A stretch of DNA of 58,249 bases, the filler included, from Asterionella formosa (Eukaryota): the NCBI GenBank assembly GCA_002256025.1. It is 5 parts of 5 records of this genome, joined end to end, with 100 filler letters (N's around TTAATTAATTAA, not from the genome) between each part and the next. Parts side by side here need not be neighbours in the genome. Positions count along the whole stretch, not along the records: positions 23,393 to 34,943 come from NKIB01008348.1; 4 more parts are not named here. One strand, written 5' to 3'. The notes under the pieces were generated by a model that had not been told where the DNA came from, did not search any database, and saw only the letters and a list, made by a program, of their open reading frames with translations. Made by a program: the position numbers and the translations under genes. Positions 23,393-35,043 of this stretch are shown piece after piece; position 1 is the stretch's first letter, and the number at the start of each line of letters is the position of its first letter.

Positions 23393-25134
23393 CTGAGGCT
23401 GAAGCGAAGGCCCAACGTCACCGTGGCATGATCAACATCATGGTATCTTGCGCTTTCACAAGTCTTGTTGCCATTGTAGCTGTTGTACTTGCAGTTGTGC
23501 TTACTCAGAACAACAAACCAAATAATCCAACATTAGTTCCAACATCATATGTTCCGGACAATCAAATGTTGGCTCCCACATTTGTAATTCCCTCTACACC
23601 ATTGTATTTTTTTTGTCTAATAACTCGTTTGATAATGGGGTTGCACTTTTGACCAATGGCACGCCACAACAGCGGGCAATGGTCTGGTTGGAAAGTGAGC
23701 AAGGTACTGGAGAAATCATGTATACTGCTGGGTTGCTTCAAATCTATGCCTTGGTGACTCTTTATTATGCAACCTCTGGAGACCAGTGGCCCAACCAAGG
23801 TTTTAATGATCAAGTCAGTGGCAGATCAATGTGGCTATTGAGTATCGACAATTATTGTGATTGGTTTGGATTGAAATGCGATGCAAATAGAAGCCAGGTA
23901 ATTTCAATGAATTTGACTAACAATACCTTAATGGGGTTCATTCCCCCGGAAATTGGTCGTTTGTCAAGTTTAGGTAAGTTAACATACCCGGCAAGAGATA
24001 AAAACAAATCATTGAAGATTGCTTCACTAATGAAATGAGTCACATCATTTTACGACAAAGAATCTTTTGATTTTTCATCAAATGCCATAGATGAATCACT
24101 ACCAAGCGAACTGGGTCTATTGACAAGTGTTACAGATTTATATGTACAGCAGAATCTGCTTACTGGCCCAATTCCAAAGGAGCTTGGACAGTTGACCAAC
24201 ATTACAACATTGTCATTGTATGAAAACAAGTTGACAGGAACACTTCCACCAGAAATTGGCCAATGGGCTAACCTTGTTGTTAAATTGTTTCTACAAAATA
24301 ATATATTTCAGGTACCACTTCCGACAGAGATTGGATTGTTGACAAAACTATCAGCATTGTATATGAACTATAATGACTTCACTGGTCCACTTCCTTCAGA
24401 AATTGGATATTTGACAAATCTCATTGATTTTAAAGCAAATTTCAACAGTCTCTTTGGTACACTTCCTACAGAGATTGGATACCTGAGAGGTCTAACATCA
24501 TTGTATGTACAGGAAAACCAGTTGACTGGTCCGCTTCAACCAGAAATTGGCTTTTTGAAAAATATCATTGATTTTAGAGCAAATTCCAACCGTCTCTTTG
24601 GCACAGTTCCTACAGAGATTGGATTCTTGACAGGTCTAACAGTATTAGTTCTTTGGGAAAACCAGTTGACTGGTGCACTTCCGACAGAAATTGGCAATTT
24701 GAAAAATATGGCATTATTTGCTGCAAGCACAAACCATTTCAATGGAACACTTCCTTCAGAAATTGGATTCTTGACAAGTCTAACATTATTGCATCTATTT
24801 AATAATCAGTTGACTGGTGCACTTCCAACGGAAATTGGCAATTTGACAAGTCTCAATAATTTTCAGATTCATTCCAATATGTTTACTGGTGAAATTCCCA
24901 CAGAAATTGGTCTCATGTCTTCATTGAGTAAGTTTTGTTTATCTGAAACTGACATTTCTTGACCATTTGTTCTAAAATTTCACTTTCTTGACAGCCACAT
25001 TAAATTTTGGAAAGAACAATTTTACAGGGCCAGTTCCAACAGAAGCATGTAATATTGCAACAATAATTTTTTGCCCACCGCTGATTTGCAACTGTGGTAG
25101 CTACTGTTCCGCAATTAAGCTCGATTGTGATTAA
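23393..25134 (+). CDS. Type-II membrane LRR receptor-like protein, 5'-truncated; 1-nt frameshift in a T8 run at 23607-23614
   Basis: TM helix, PQQRAMVWL...LQIYALVTLYYATSG.W...CDWFG..C cap, 24-aa LPTEIG LRRs. Introns 23974-24060 and 24928-24994 splice in frame. Cys-rich C-terminal cap. Confidence 0.8.
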
Positions 25135-25282
25135 TCATTTTTGCTCTGATGATTTGTGAATATGCATAATAATAATTTTCTTTCTTAAAGCTGCCAGTAG
25201 TTAAATACCAAGTATCTGCTGGTATTGATTCGAGTCATTTATATTTCATTTTAAATATTAGCAAATTGTTTGTCTATTTTCT

Positions 25283-26258
25283 GTCCTGGAATCTTGGCAT
25301 GGCATTGTCTGGTGTTGGCGTGGGCAATTCATCAAAATAAATCCACTAGCTTGCCTGTTGAGCAGTCCATCGTTTAGTGGGATCCCACTTCATTATATTG
25401 GAGAATAACGTGAGACTGACTGGTGATATTCCTAGAAAGCGATCCCACAGTTTTGCAGGTATAATATATGGTAGGAAGTTCAATGGTCTCATTTGCAATC
25501 AAGGGTAGTTCTAAAATACCTGGCCGTATGGCCTCATGTGGTGTGCCTAGTTCATTGAACAGTTTTCTGATCATTTCCATCTCTGTCTTGCAAGTCCAAA
25601 GTGGTTTTCCCAATAGCAGCTCTCTCATGACACAGCCAGCTCCCCAAATGTCGATAGACTCATCATACCTGGAGGCACCCAACAACAGCTCTGGTGGTCG
25701 ATACCACAATGATATCACCTTGGGGGTCAATGGTACTTTGTACTTGCGACTCAGTCCAAAGTCTGCTAATTTCAGCTCACCATTATATAACAAATTGGCG
25801 AGCTTTAAATCACGTTGTAATATGTTACGAGCATGTATAAATTCCAGCGCTGAGAAGAGTTGCAACAAGAGACGCTTGACTTGACGAAGAGAAAACGGTG
25901 ACTTGCGATGTATCTGATAGTGCTGATCAACTAGCTGAGCCAGATCATGAGGGCAGTAGTCAAACACGAGAAATACAGCTGAGGATGATACTGCCAGCAC
26001 TGTTTGGAGTTGAATAATGTTTGGATGGTGTTGGCTGCTCCAGAGCATAGCAATCTCCCAAAGTGTAGTTATCGGAAACCCTTCAGTGGCTTCCTGGTGA
26101 GGTAAACACCGTTTGAGGGCCACCAGCTGGTTTGTGTGTTTGTCTTGGGCCTTTTACACAATTCCGTATGTTCCTTCTCCAATGCGTCCAATCTTTTCGT
26201 ATCATTCTCCCACACTGGGGCAGCGTTGATTCAAAACCCAATATCCAATTCTGACATC
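25283..26258 (-). pseudogene. CDK10/CDK11-like cyclin-dependent kinase pseudogene
   Basis: RCPSVGE*YEKIGRIGEGTYGIV*KA, PITTLWE (for PITTLRE), QRDLK (for HRDLK), LADFGL, LWYRPPELLLG. Two in-frame stops and a scrambled C-terminus. Confidence 0.85.
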
Positions 26259-26345
26259 ATCTTATGATATTCTATGGTAACGGTTCTATAACCGGCAATG
26301 AATTAATAATCATATGTACACCACTCATGCATAGTACTTTCGTTA

Positions 26346-29300
26346 CTCTCCCTCTCAACCAAAAAAGAGTCGGGGTCACCAACCCATAAGAAGCAGCCGA
26401 GCGGCCTGAAATTTGATAGTGCAAAGACCTTTAGTGAACTGATCGGCAAGCTGGTGTTTGGTATCAATAGGTTTGATATGGATATGAAGGTTGACAATTT
26501 TCGTGCGAAACCAGTGATATGGAATGCCAATGTGTTTGCTTGGTGAGAGGAGATAGTTGTGCCATGCGTGCAAATTTTAGACAATCATGGTTATCCTCAT
26601 AGAGAATTGATTGATCGATGGCATGATAAGGACCAGTACCCTCTGCAACATCTGTGAACGATTTGGAATACGCATGATATGCAATACTTGGTTGAATTTC
26701 GAATACAACGGGCATAAATTCTTTGAGTGTTTCACGAATTGGAATGAGGTTGCGCATCGCCTGAGAAAGAGCCACATATTCGGCCTCCATGGTACTCAAG
26801 GCAATCTGAGTCTGCATCTTGGATACCCGGAGGAGAGGGCTCTCTTTGTACAGCACAACATAGCCAGTGCGGGACTTGACTGAAATGGGATCTTGATTGT
26901 TTTCAACAGCAAAAAGATCCGCAAAATCGGCATCCACATGATAACAATCCACCCTTAGTGTGTTTGTTGGCTTCAACAGAAGCCACATGGTTTTTGTTTT
27001 CTGCAAATAGCGAAGGAAGCGGCGAACGGCAATAGCGTGAGAATGATGTGGGGCATGGGATAATCTAGCGGCTTGATGAATGGCATAAGCAATATCTGGG
27101 CGGGTATTTGCAGTCAGGTACATCAGCATGCCAATGATTGAATTGTATTGCCAGGTTTCAGTGAACGGATCTCCATCGAAATCATTTTCTGAGGGAGTAG
27201 TAGTCGATGGTGTATCCACTCCATTACAATCAGACATGCCAGTTGCTGCAAGGACTTTGTCAATTAGTCCGGTTTGAGTGAGATTATATTCCTGCAGTCC
27301 AGTTTTTTATATTTGAATTCCAAGAAAGGCACCAACTTCTCCTTCATTTCTAAGTGCAAAAGTGTGACGCTGTTCCTTTTCATGGACGCCAAGGCTTTGG
27401 ATTTTTGCTTCAAGAACAAGTGAGTCCGCTCCAGCAAATATGGTGTCATCGATATAGCAGACACAAATAATTCCTTGTTTCATGAACAAGCATGGATCAA
27501 TTTGAGATTGAGTGTACCCATGTTCCAAAAGTCCCTCCCGAAGTTTCTCAAAGAAGGTGCAAGGAGCTTGACAAAGTCCATATAGACTTTTTAGCAGTCG
27601 CAACACTTTATTGGTGCCGGACTTGGGTCCAAAATGCGAGGGTATTCCAGATACACTTATTCTTTGAGATTGGCTTGAGCAAATGCGTTGGTGTAGTTGA
27701 CTTGATGGGTTGACCAGCCCTCAGTGAGAACACTTAACAATAGCAAGCGAATGGTAGACAAAAGTACAACAGGTGCATAGGTCTCGAAGAAGTCAATGCC
27801 CTCCTTTTGGAGATCTCCTTGTGCACAAACGCGTGCTTGGAAGCGATAGCTAAGGTGTGCCACCTGGGAACCGTTTCAGTTTGAATACCCATGTTCCTTT
27901 TAATACATTGAGGTTTGCAGTTCTTGGCACAGATTCCCAGGTATGTTGAAGAATGAGTGTTGCAATCTCTATTTGCATGGCTTTAATGTACTCTTCTGAA
28001 TTTTCGCCATGGATAGCCTGATGAAACGTTGGAGAATCAGGGTCATCTTTGTGGCGTGTTTTGGATGCATACACTCGAGGGTCAGTAATGTTGTGAACAA
28101 CTGTCAAAACAGGTAAGTAATTCTGCTGAATATGCCAGTTGTTTCTTGTAGAAATTGTCATGCTTGGTTTGATCCATCATGGTCAACTATACTTCGTCAA
28201 TATATTTTGTACAATTATACTGACCCTTATTTGTCCTTTCAGATCGTCGAACTGCTGGCACTGGTGGTGAAGAGTGGGGTGAACTTGCAATAGAATCTGG
28301 TATGTGTTTTGTGTGTGCACTATCAGTGCTGAGTGGAATAGGTGCTTTAGGAGGAGGTATTGGAGGAGATGCTCCCTCTAAAATGCCGATATTTTGTTCT
28401 GCTGGTGTTGATGGTCCTTCAGGTGGTAAAGCTGCCGTAATGAAGTGTGTGGGGGAAAATGTGGTAGGAATCCGCTGTTGTCGATGAAGCTCCCTCTGTT
28501 TTTGTGCTTGTTCATCTGAAGTGAGCCAGTCGTCTTGAAGATGCATTGGTGTTTCAGTGTTTGAATCGTTCGGTATGTAGATTTTATTTTCCAGACACAA
28601 ACCGTCCCAGTATTCAGTAGGGTCTTCATCTTTTCCAATTGACGCCACCGTGGAGAAACTGTCGTCAAAAACCACATGATATTGAGTGGTAATACTCCCA
28701 GTTAGCAAATTAAGGACCAAGGGGACTTCACTGGAGTGAATGGAGCTCAATCCAAGGAACACACCTTGTCGTGATTGTGGTTGCTATCTAGGCAATTTCT
28801 TCCCAGATTGAAGAGTTGGGTCAAGAACATACACTGGAAATCCCCAAGTGTGAAGATCTCGCAGTCAATGTCTGGGAATTGTGCTTCCAGTGTAGAGATC
28901 AGCTGGGCAAAAGGAATGATTATTTGGTGTATGATTGTAAAGGTGCACAGCGTAAGTAACTGCTATAGGCCAAAGTGTGCTGTCGATCCCTCCTTTTCAA
29001 TGACTGGAAGCATGGAGAATCATTGAGCGTGCCATGTCAGATACTGTTCTAATAGCCCGTTCTGCTACACCATTTTGATGGTGTGCATTTGTTCCACAGT
29101 ATTGAAGATGCTGAGTATGTTCTCGAATGTGTTGAACAAAAGAGTTTGCCTTGAATGCGCCACTGTCAGTGAGGTAGGATTGTATAATGAAACAATTGTC
29201 CATTGCCTGTTGCTCATAGTTTTGTTTTGCTCTGATGGTTTCAACAGCAGAGAATCCCAATTGGTGCTCCACCTGAATGTATCTGGTGCCATGATCAGCA

Positions 29301-29560
29301 AATATGCAGCCCCCTTTGTAGGTGTCTGCTGATGGCTTTCCATACAAGTCAAAGGTGCGTCCTAAAAGGCGAGATTCGAAGTGATCAAGAGAAACTCTAA
29401 CACCAGGTCCAAGATGTTCAGCCGTCAGTGCGCCAATTTGTTCAGGATTTGCGATGATTCTGGAAGAATGGATTCTGGAAGAATGTGTTGGACGACAGTG
29501 TCCTTTAGAGTATTGACAGATCTCGCATTTTAGGTCAAATGCATTTGTCTGCAAATAAAA
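26346..29560 (-). mobile_element. pol: Degenerate Ty1/copia pol (integrase-RT-RNase H) with polypurine tract
   Basis: YLTDSG...HHQNGVAERAI, FLG...QYHVVFDD, FETYAPVV, KSLYGL.QAP, CYIDD, TRPDIAYA, IALSTMEAEY, QLADQFTKGL...LMGW. PPT GAGAGGGAGAG near 26347-26357. Many frameshifts. Confidence 0.93.
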
Positions 29561-30608
29561 AACCATCACATTTCCATGATGCATCATAGGATTATGATCA
29601 TCTAATCATAATTTTTCGTTATATCATCTAATAATTTTGATAAATGCCCTCGTAATTTAAATAGTATCCCTTTTGACTATGGAAATTTAATTTATATATG
29701 TATTGTTTCTTTTAGTTTCCTTTATTTAAATTTCTTGGTAGGATAATATACCAGTTAGAGTAATGTGGTTTGGCTCATCATCCTTGCCAGTCCTCACTCT
29801 GATTTTTGCAACAATGACAAAGCAGCCATGTCGAGAGGAACGAATGTTTGTGATAAAATCTTCATTTGTCGTTCAAGTCATCATATGTCTTCGATGAATC
29901 ATCATCTACATTGTACAGTATGTTTGTACTATGCAATCCGTTAAGAGCTTGAAAAGAAATCCAATGAGAACGAAATGGCTCATCAAACAAGACGAAAGTT
30001 TCCGGCCGGTCTGTCACCAGAGCATCAATCAGTGTTACAACCTCAATCATAGCTAAACAACATCCATTATAGAACAGCACAATCTACTTCTCCGTAACAT
30101 CGTCTCTCTAACAAGAACGTAATACATCTAGAATTGAAACGCAGCATAGCAGGCGATATGCACAAAGAAGCATGAGACTGTCTATTTATAGTAACAGAGT
30201 GATTCTGGTTTCGTAATTTTCATGTCTCATTAGATTTTCTGTGTCATCGTTTTAGTTCCTTATCTTTAAAGACAAGAGCGTATTCTTTGATTGGAACACA
30301 AAAAGATGGAAAGCAGCTGCAGCCAGTCGGTTTTCCGTCCATTTAGCTAAATACTCGACGTTTGATTCTTTCTGTGTAGTAAGTTGCCTTGTGCCAACAT
30401 TCGGCTGTACATGTATATTATTAATAGTATATATATTTATTTGTAAAGGAATAGACTACCGGTATTCCACACACGAGTGTACTACAGGACGGAATCCAGA
30501 ATCCGTTGGTCTGCCATACTTGATGTCGAAATCAACAGAACGACATCATAAATAATATTTAATTTATCATATTTATTGGAAAAAGAAATTTCGTCCCCCT
30601 TTTTTTGA

Positions 30609-30626
30609 TAACCCTAACCCTAACCC
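30609..30626. repeat. Short interstitial (TAACCC)3 telomere-like repeat
   Basis: taaccctaaccctaaccc followed by tagcct. Confidence 0.7.
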
Positions 30627-32785
30627 TAGCCTACATAGCTTTCATATAAACCACCAATATTTTGTTTGCTACACGGAAATCAGTTGGCTCGATGACACTG
30701 CTGTGATGGCTGCTACTCATAATACTCATACATGCACAGCATCATTGTGTTCGAATCCACTCTGATGCCTCAACCAAAGTTGTTGGAGCTTATTGAGTGG
30801 ACAATACAGATGAGGTCTTGTAGTAAGTATGTAATGAATAATATGTTTACTTATGCCCATAGGTACTATATATAAGCCCTTTCATCACTCCTCCTGCCTG
30901 TTACATACGGAGTAGTTAAAAGCATATATAGTATGCATGACAATCATCATCATGCATTGTAGATACCAGTACCGGTAGGTTAAAAACATGCCAGTATGAC
31001 AATCATGCATCATGCAGATTCCAAAAGTTGTATGCCGGTATAAAAGGATGAACAAAATTTCCGGCACCTTCCGCCCATCTATCATCCATGAGGAATGACG
31101 CATCTTTGACATATAATTCTACGACAAGTGGTGGCACCGCCTCCTCCATCAATTCCACCAATTTTCTCTCTGATCTGCTCACCCCCCGATGACCCCACCT
31201 CCCAAAACGAAGGTAAAAGCCGAACCCATCGACAAGGGTGTACCTGATAGCGTTTGTTCAACCAATGACATCACTGGAAGCCCCACAGCATCCTCTCATC
31301 TGCTGTAGTGTCAGCCAGTGCACAACGGACGTACCTCTGCCTGTTCTGATGCATCTGCTTGTCAACATACCTCAAACCTCCTTAGCTGGAAGCACGCAGT
31401 GAACTGAAAAGGAAGCAAGTCTTTGCTTCTGCTAACTTTCACTTTGTCTGTACATTGGGGAAAATTCTCAATCATTTCCGGAATTTTGCTTACCGTAAAA
31501 CCTGGTGTCTTGTATCCCCCCAGATACCAGTACCCCCCTTTGTACATCTGGCACAACACTCCCAAATATTTCATGTGTATAGAAAAAATAACAGCATAAT
31601 ATTGTATTCTAGCGATTTGTTATTGCATTTATACTATAATTGTATTCTTACTGGATACCATCATGAAACAAGAAGCAATGCCAACATGGGCGATGTCAAT
31701 GACACTTGCAATGGCAACATGATCCTTGGCCTGTGATTTATTTCAACAGTCGAAGTTGCAAGATTGTTGTGGTGGGATTAACAGGCTGAATGCTCAGGCA
31801 ATGCTGACCTTGATGTTGTCGGCTTGCTGGAAGCCTTCATAGAATCATTTTGTCTGCTGCTCTTCTCATGGATGCAGAAATATTTATGTGATTGGCACAT
31901 ATATTCATATCCATCACGATCCAAGTAGTAGAGTCTACGCAAATTAATACTGTTGTAGGATTAAGTATAAAGAGTACACACTCTAGGAATTAGTATTGAT
32001 TCCATCATGATGCTTGGATGCGCCAGTGCACCAAAAATAGAAATTCTATATATATATAGTAGAAACCGTTTAAACTAAAAACAACCATCATATATCTTTT
32101 AATGTTGTTATTTACGTTTGCGAGAAAACGGTGAAGTTGGTATTTTCATAATTTTGGATTGAGCCAAAAAGGACCAATGTCTTGTACTCCCCTCTAAGTA
32201 AAATTAGTCGTGGCTGTGTACATTGAGTGGTACAAGAGACCAGGTTTTACGGTAGCAGAATACCGGGTGAGCTAAAATGACCCTCGGGGCCATTTACTCT
32301 ATACTAAATACAGATACCAGGTATCATACCAGTACATTGGAGAGTACGGTAAACTTCCACCTTCTCCTACCTAACGATTATTATTCCTGTATTTTTCCAA
32401 TAAATGTAGATGTTGGTATAGCTATACTACCTGTACGTGGTACCAGTATAGATATATCCAGAATATAATTTTAATCACGTTAGACAAAAATTCCAGGATA
32501 GGAATGACTGAACGAATTTAGATCTTGCATGTACTGTAGAATTCCACGAGAGGCAGTGGAAGAACTCAAGAATTATGTATGTACCGGTAGTTCAAACACG
32601 AGAGAGACAAGGACAAGGAAAAATCAGGCATTCGATACAGGAAGGAACCAAATCAAAGTATGTAAAATTCGGAGGAGGTCTCCAAGACCAAGGGAAACGG
32701 TACTGGGCAAGAATGAAAAAGAATTACAACACGGGCAAGATCAAGTCCCACCACGAAAAATAAAGCGTCCTTTCATAAATCAACA

Positions 32786-33870
32786 ATGGCGTTGAATATC
32801 TTCCCTACTCTTGTTTCATATGTCCCTACCCAGCATGATGCTGTAATTTTGAATGAGCATGGAGTACAAGCAGATTACGCAAGGAATGGACTCTGTCCTT
32901 ATCATCCAGACATTCAGGTTCGCAAAAAAAGAGATTTGGAGGTTGGAAGACTTTGCTAGACAGCTGCCCTCATTGCGATCGTGAACGAATGAATACACAA
33001 GGGCCTCCTGCTCCAACGTTTCCGATGCCTGTCACTTCAATTTCGTCTCCGCCTGATGCGATAAATGCAAACCAGATCTGCAATTCATCAGCAGCCATGA
33101 CAACTCTGCCAACAACAACAAATTATGATCATCTTCCTTCCCCTGCAACTCCAACACCAAGCTTTAGCAATTCATCTGATCCCATTCCTGAAGGTTGGTC
33201 AAAAATGAAGGAAGCTATGGAGAATGAGAATTCCAGACCAATCGAGCTTCCTGTGGAATTCATTTATAGTTGTACAAACAACTTGAATGATTCCTTGAAA
33301 CTTGGTCAAGGAGCTTTTGGTGCTGTCTACAAAGGCGAGTATATAAATCGGGTTTTTGCTGTTAAACATATCCTTGATGGCATCGCTGTGAAGAAAGATG
33401 AGTTGCTGGAAAAGACTGTCCCTTACCGTACAAATGTTAAAACTGAATTGGAGGTGAGCTCATTCGTGGTATCAAATATTGCATGTTTTTAAGACTTTAT
33501 GTTTCTCATTCTACTGTCATACTGTTTTAGGCATTAAAGAGGTTCCGACACCCCAATATTGTATCCTTGTATGGCTATCATTTTCCCCCTGATTCGTCTA
33601 ATCAATTCCTTGTATATGAGTATGCATCCAAGGGTTCTCTTAATAAATTTTATGAGAGTGAACGAAATAGATCATGTCTCTCGAGTAAGATCCGACTTCT
33701 AATCATGTTCGACATTATTTGTGCCATCCATTTCCTTCATACTGATGCAAATGATAACTTCATTCTGTTTCATCGTGACATAAAATCGGCTAATATCTGG
33801 CTTTCAAATAACTATACTGCCAAACTGATTGATTGTGGCCTTGCCAAGTTTGTGCCTGTCGATGACTCAT
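32786..33870 (+). pseudogene. CPxHP...CPxC-domain plus IRAK/Pelle-like kinase, disrupted
   Basis: N-terminus paralogous to the 22703 gene, with a 1-nt deletion near the A7 run at ~32924-32930. LGQGAFGAVY, FAVK, intron 33454-33530, FRHPNIV.LYGY, HRDIKSANI, AKLIDCGLAK, then cut by copia sequence. Confidence 0.8.
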
Positions 33871-33874
33871 ATTC

Positions 33875-34943
33875 TATTGTGGCGTGTGCAACATCAAATC
33901 TCCCAATTTTTACTACCCAATTCAACATGCCAATTAACATCTGAAACTTTCGATGTTTGTCATCACTAAGTAGTGTGGTGTCATCGAGTTCTGGATGATC
34001 ATTTGCACTCATTGGAATTGTACTTTTGGGTTGCACACCAAACATCACCTCAATTCTTGCAATCAACTCTTGTATGTATTTCTTGCATCCAAAACACCAC
34101 CTGCACTTCTTGTCCTTCTTGAAGTCATTCCCAAGGTAATATTCTGGAGGACCTTCAGACTTGATCGTATAGACCTTCTTGAGTCCTTCCATAATTACTT
34201 CAGGAGTTTTTGACACTATCATGAAGTCATCTGAGTGGGTGCAGATATATTCATAGTGTGAAGTATCATTGCTCATCTTGTACCACACATCTTTGTCATA
34301 CCTAGTTGGCTGGAACCCCATTCCCCGGATCGTGTCCGCAAAATGCGCCCATCAACGCTCAGATCTTGATCTCAAACCATATAGTGCTTTTCGGATGAGA
34401 ATGATTGATCCCCTCAACTCCTCTCCAAATTCTGGTCCAGCACGGGAGTATACTAGCTCATTAGTGTATGCATTGACGTAAGCATTTCCAAAATCGCCAC
34501 AAAGCAGCTTCAAGTTCTGCTTGTGTGCAATCACATGTAGCATTCTAACACTTATGCCTTTCACAGTTGAAGAGTAAATAGATGTCCGCCAGTCACAAGT
34601 CTTGCCTTGCGCTGTAGATCTTGTTTGACATCAAAGATCACTGTCAGTGTTGTCCATTGATATCCGACTCCAGGGTTAAAATCTGGCTTCTTAAATTCAA
34701 AACATTCCATTTCGACAAGTGAGGAGATTTCACGTTTGATTGCCTCTTGCCAGAATGTGTTTCCACTTTGCTTGTCCAATTCCATTGCATGGGTGACATT
34801 TCGTGGGACCGCAATGCCATACTTGAGAATTTGCTTCCTAATCTTAGGATGCTTCTTCTTTCTTATGTCGGCACGCCTCACTGTGTACACCTGATCACAT
34901 CCATCAAAATGATGCTCATATAACCTTGCAATTCTTCGGACAG
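33875..34943 (-). mobile_element. pol: Degenerate Ty1/copia RT fragment (diatom CoDi-like)
   Basis: KYGIAVPRNVTHAMELD..GNTFW, FDVKQDL.RKARLV.GGH, GDFGNAY, KALYGLRS, YICTHSDD, YYLG, FQMLIGMLNW.V.IGRFD. Confidence 0.9.
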
Positions 34944-35043
34944 NNNNNNNNNNNNNNNNNNNNNNNNNNNNNNNNNNNNNNNNNNNNTTAATTAATTAAN
35001 NNNNNNNNNNNNNNNNNNNNNNNNNNNNNNNNNNNNNNNNNNN
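34944..35043. other. Artificial contig-join linker
   Basis: N44-TTAATTAATTAA-N44. Confidence 0.97.

Noticed and set aside
30609..30632. Chromosome end
   Set aside because: Only three repeats, internal to a contig.
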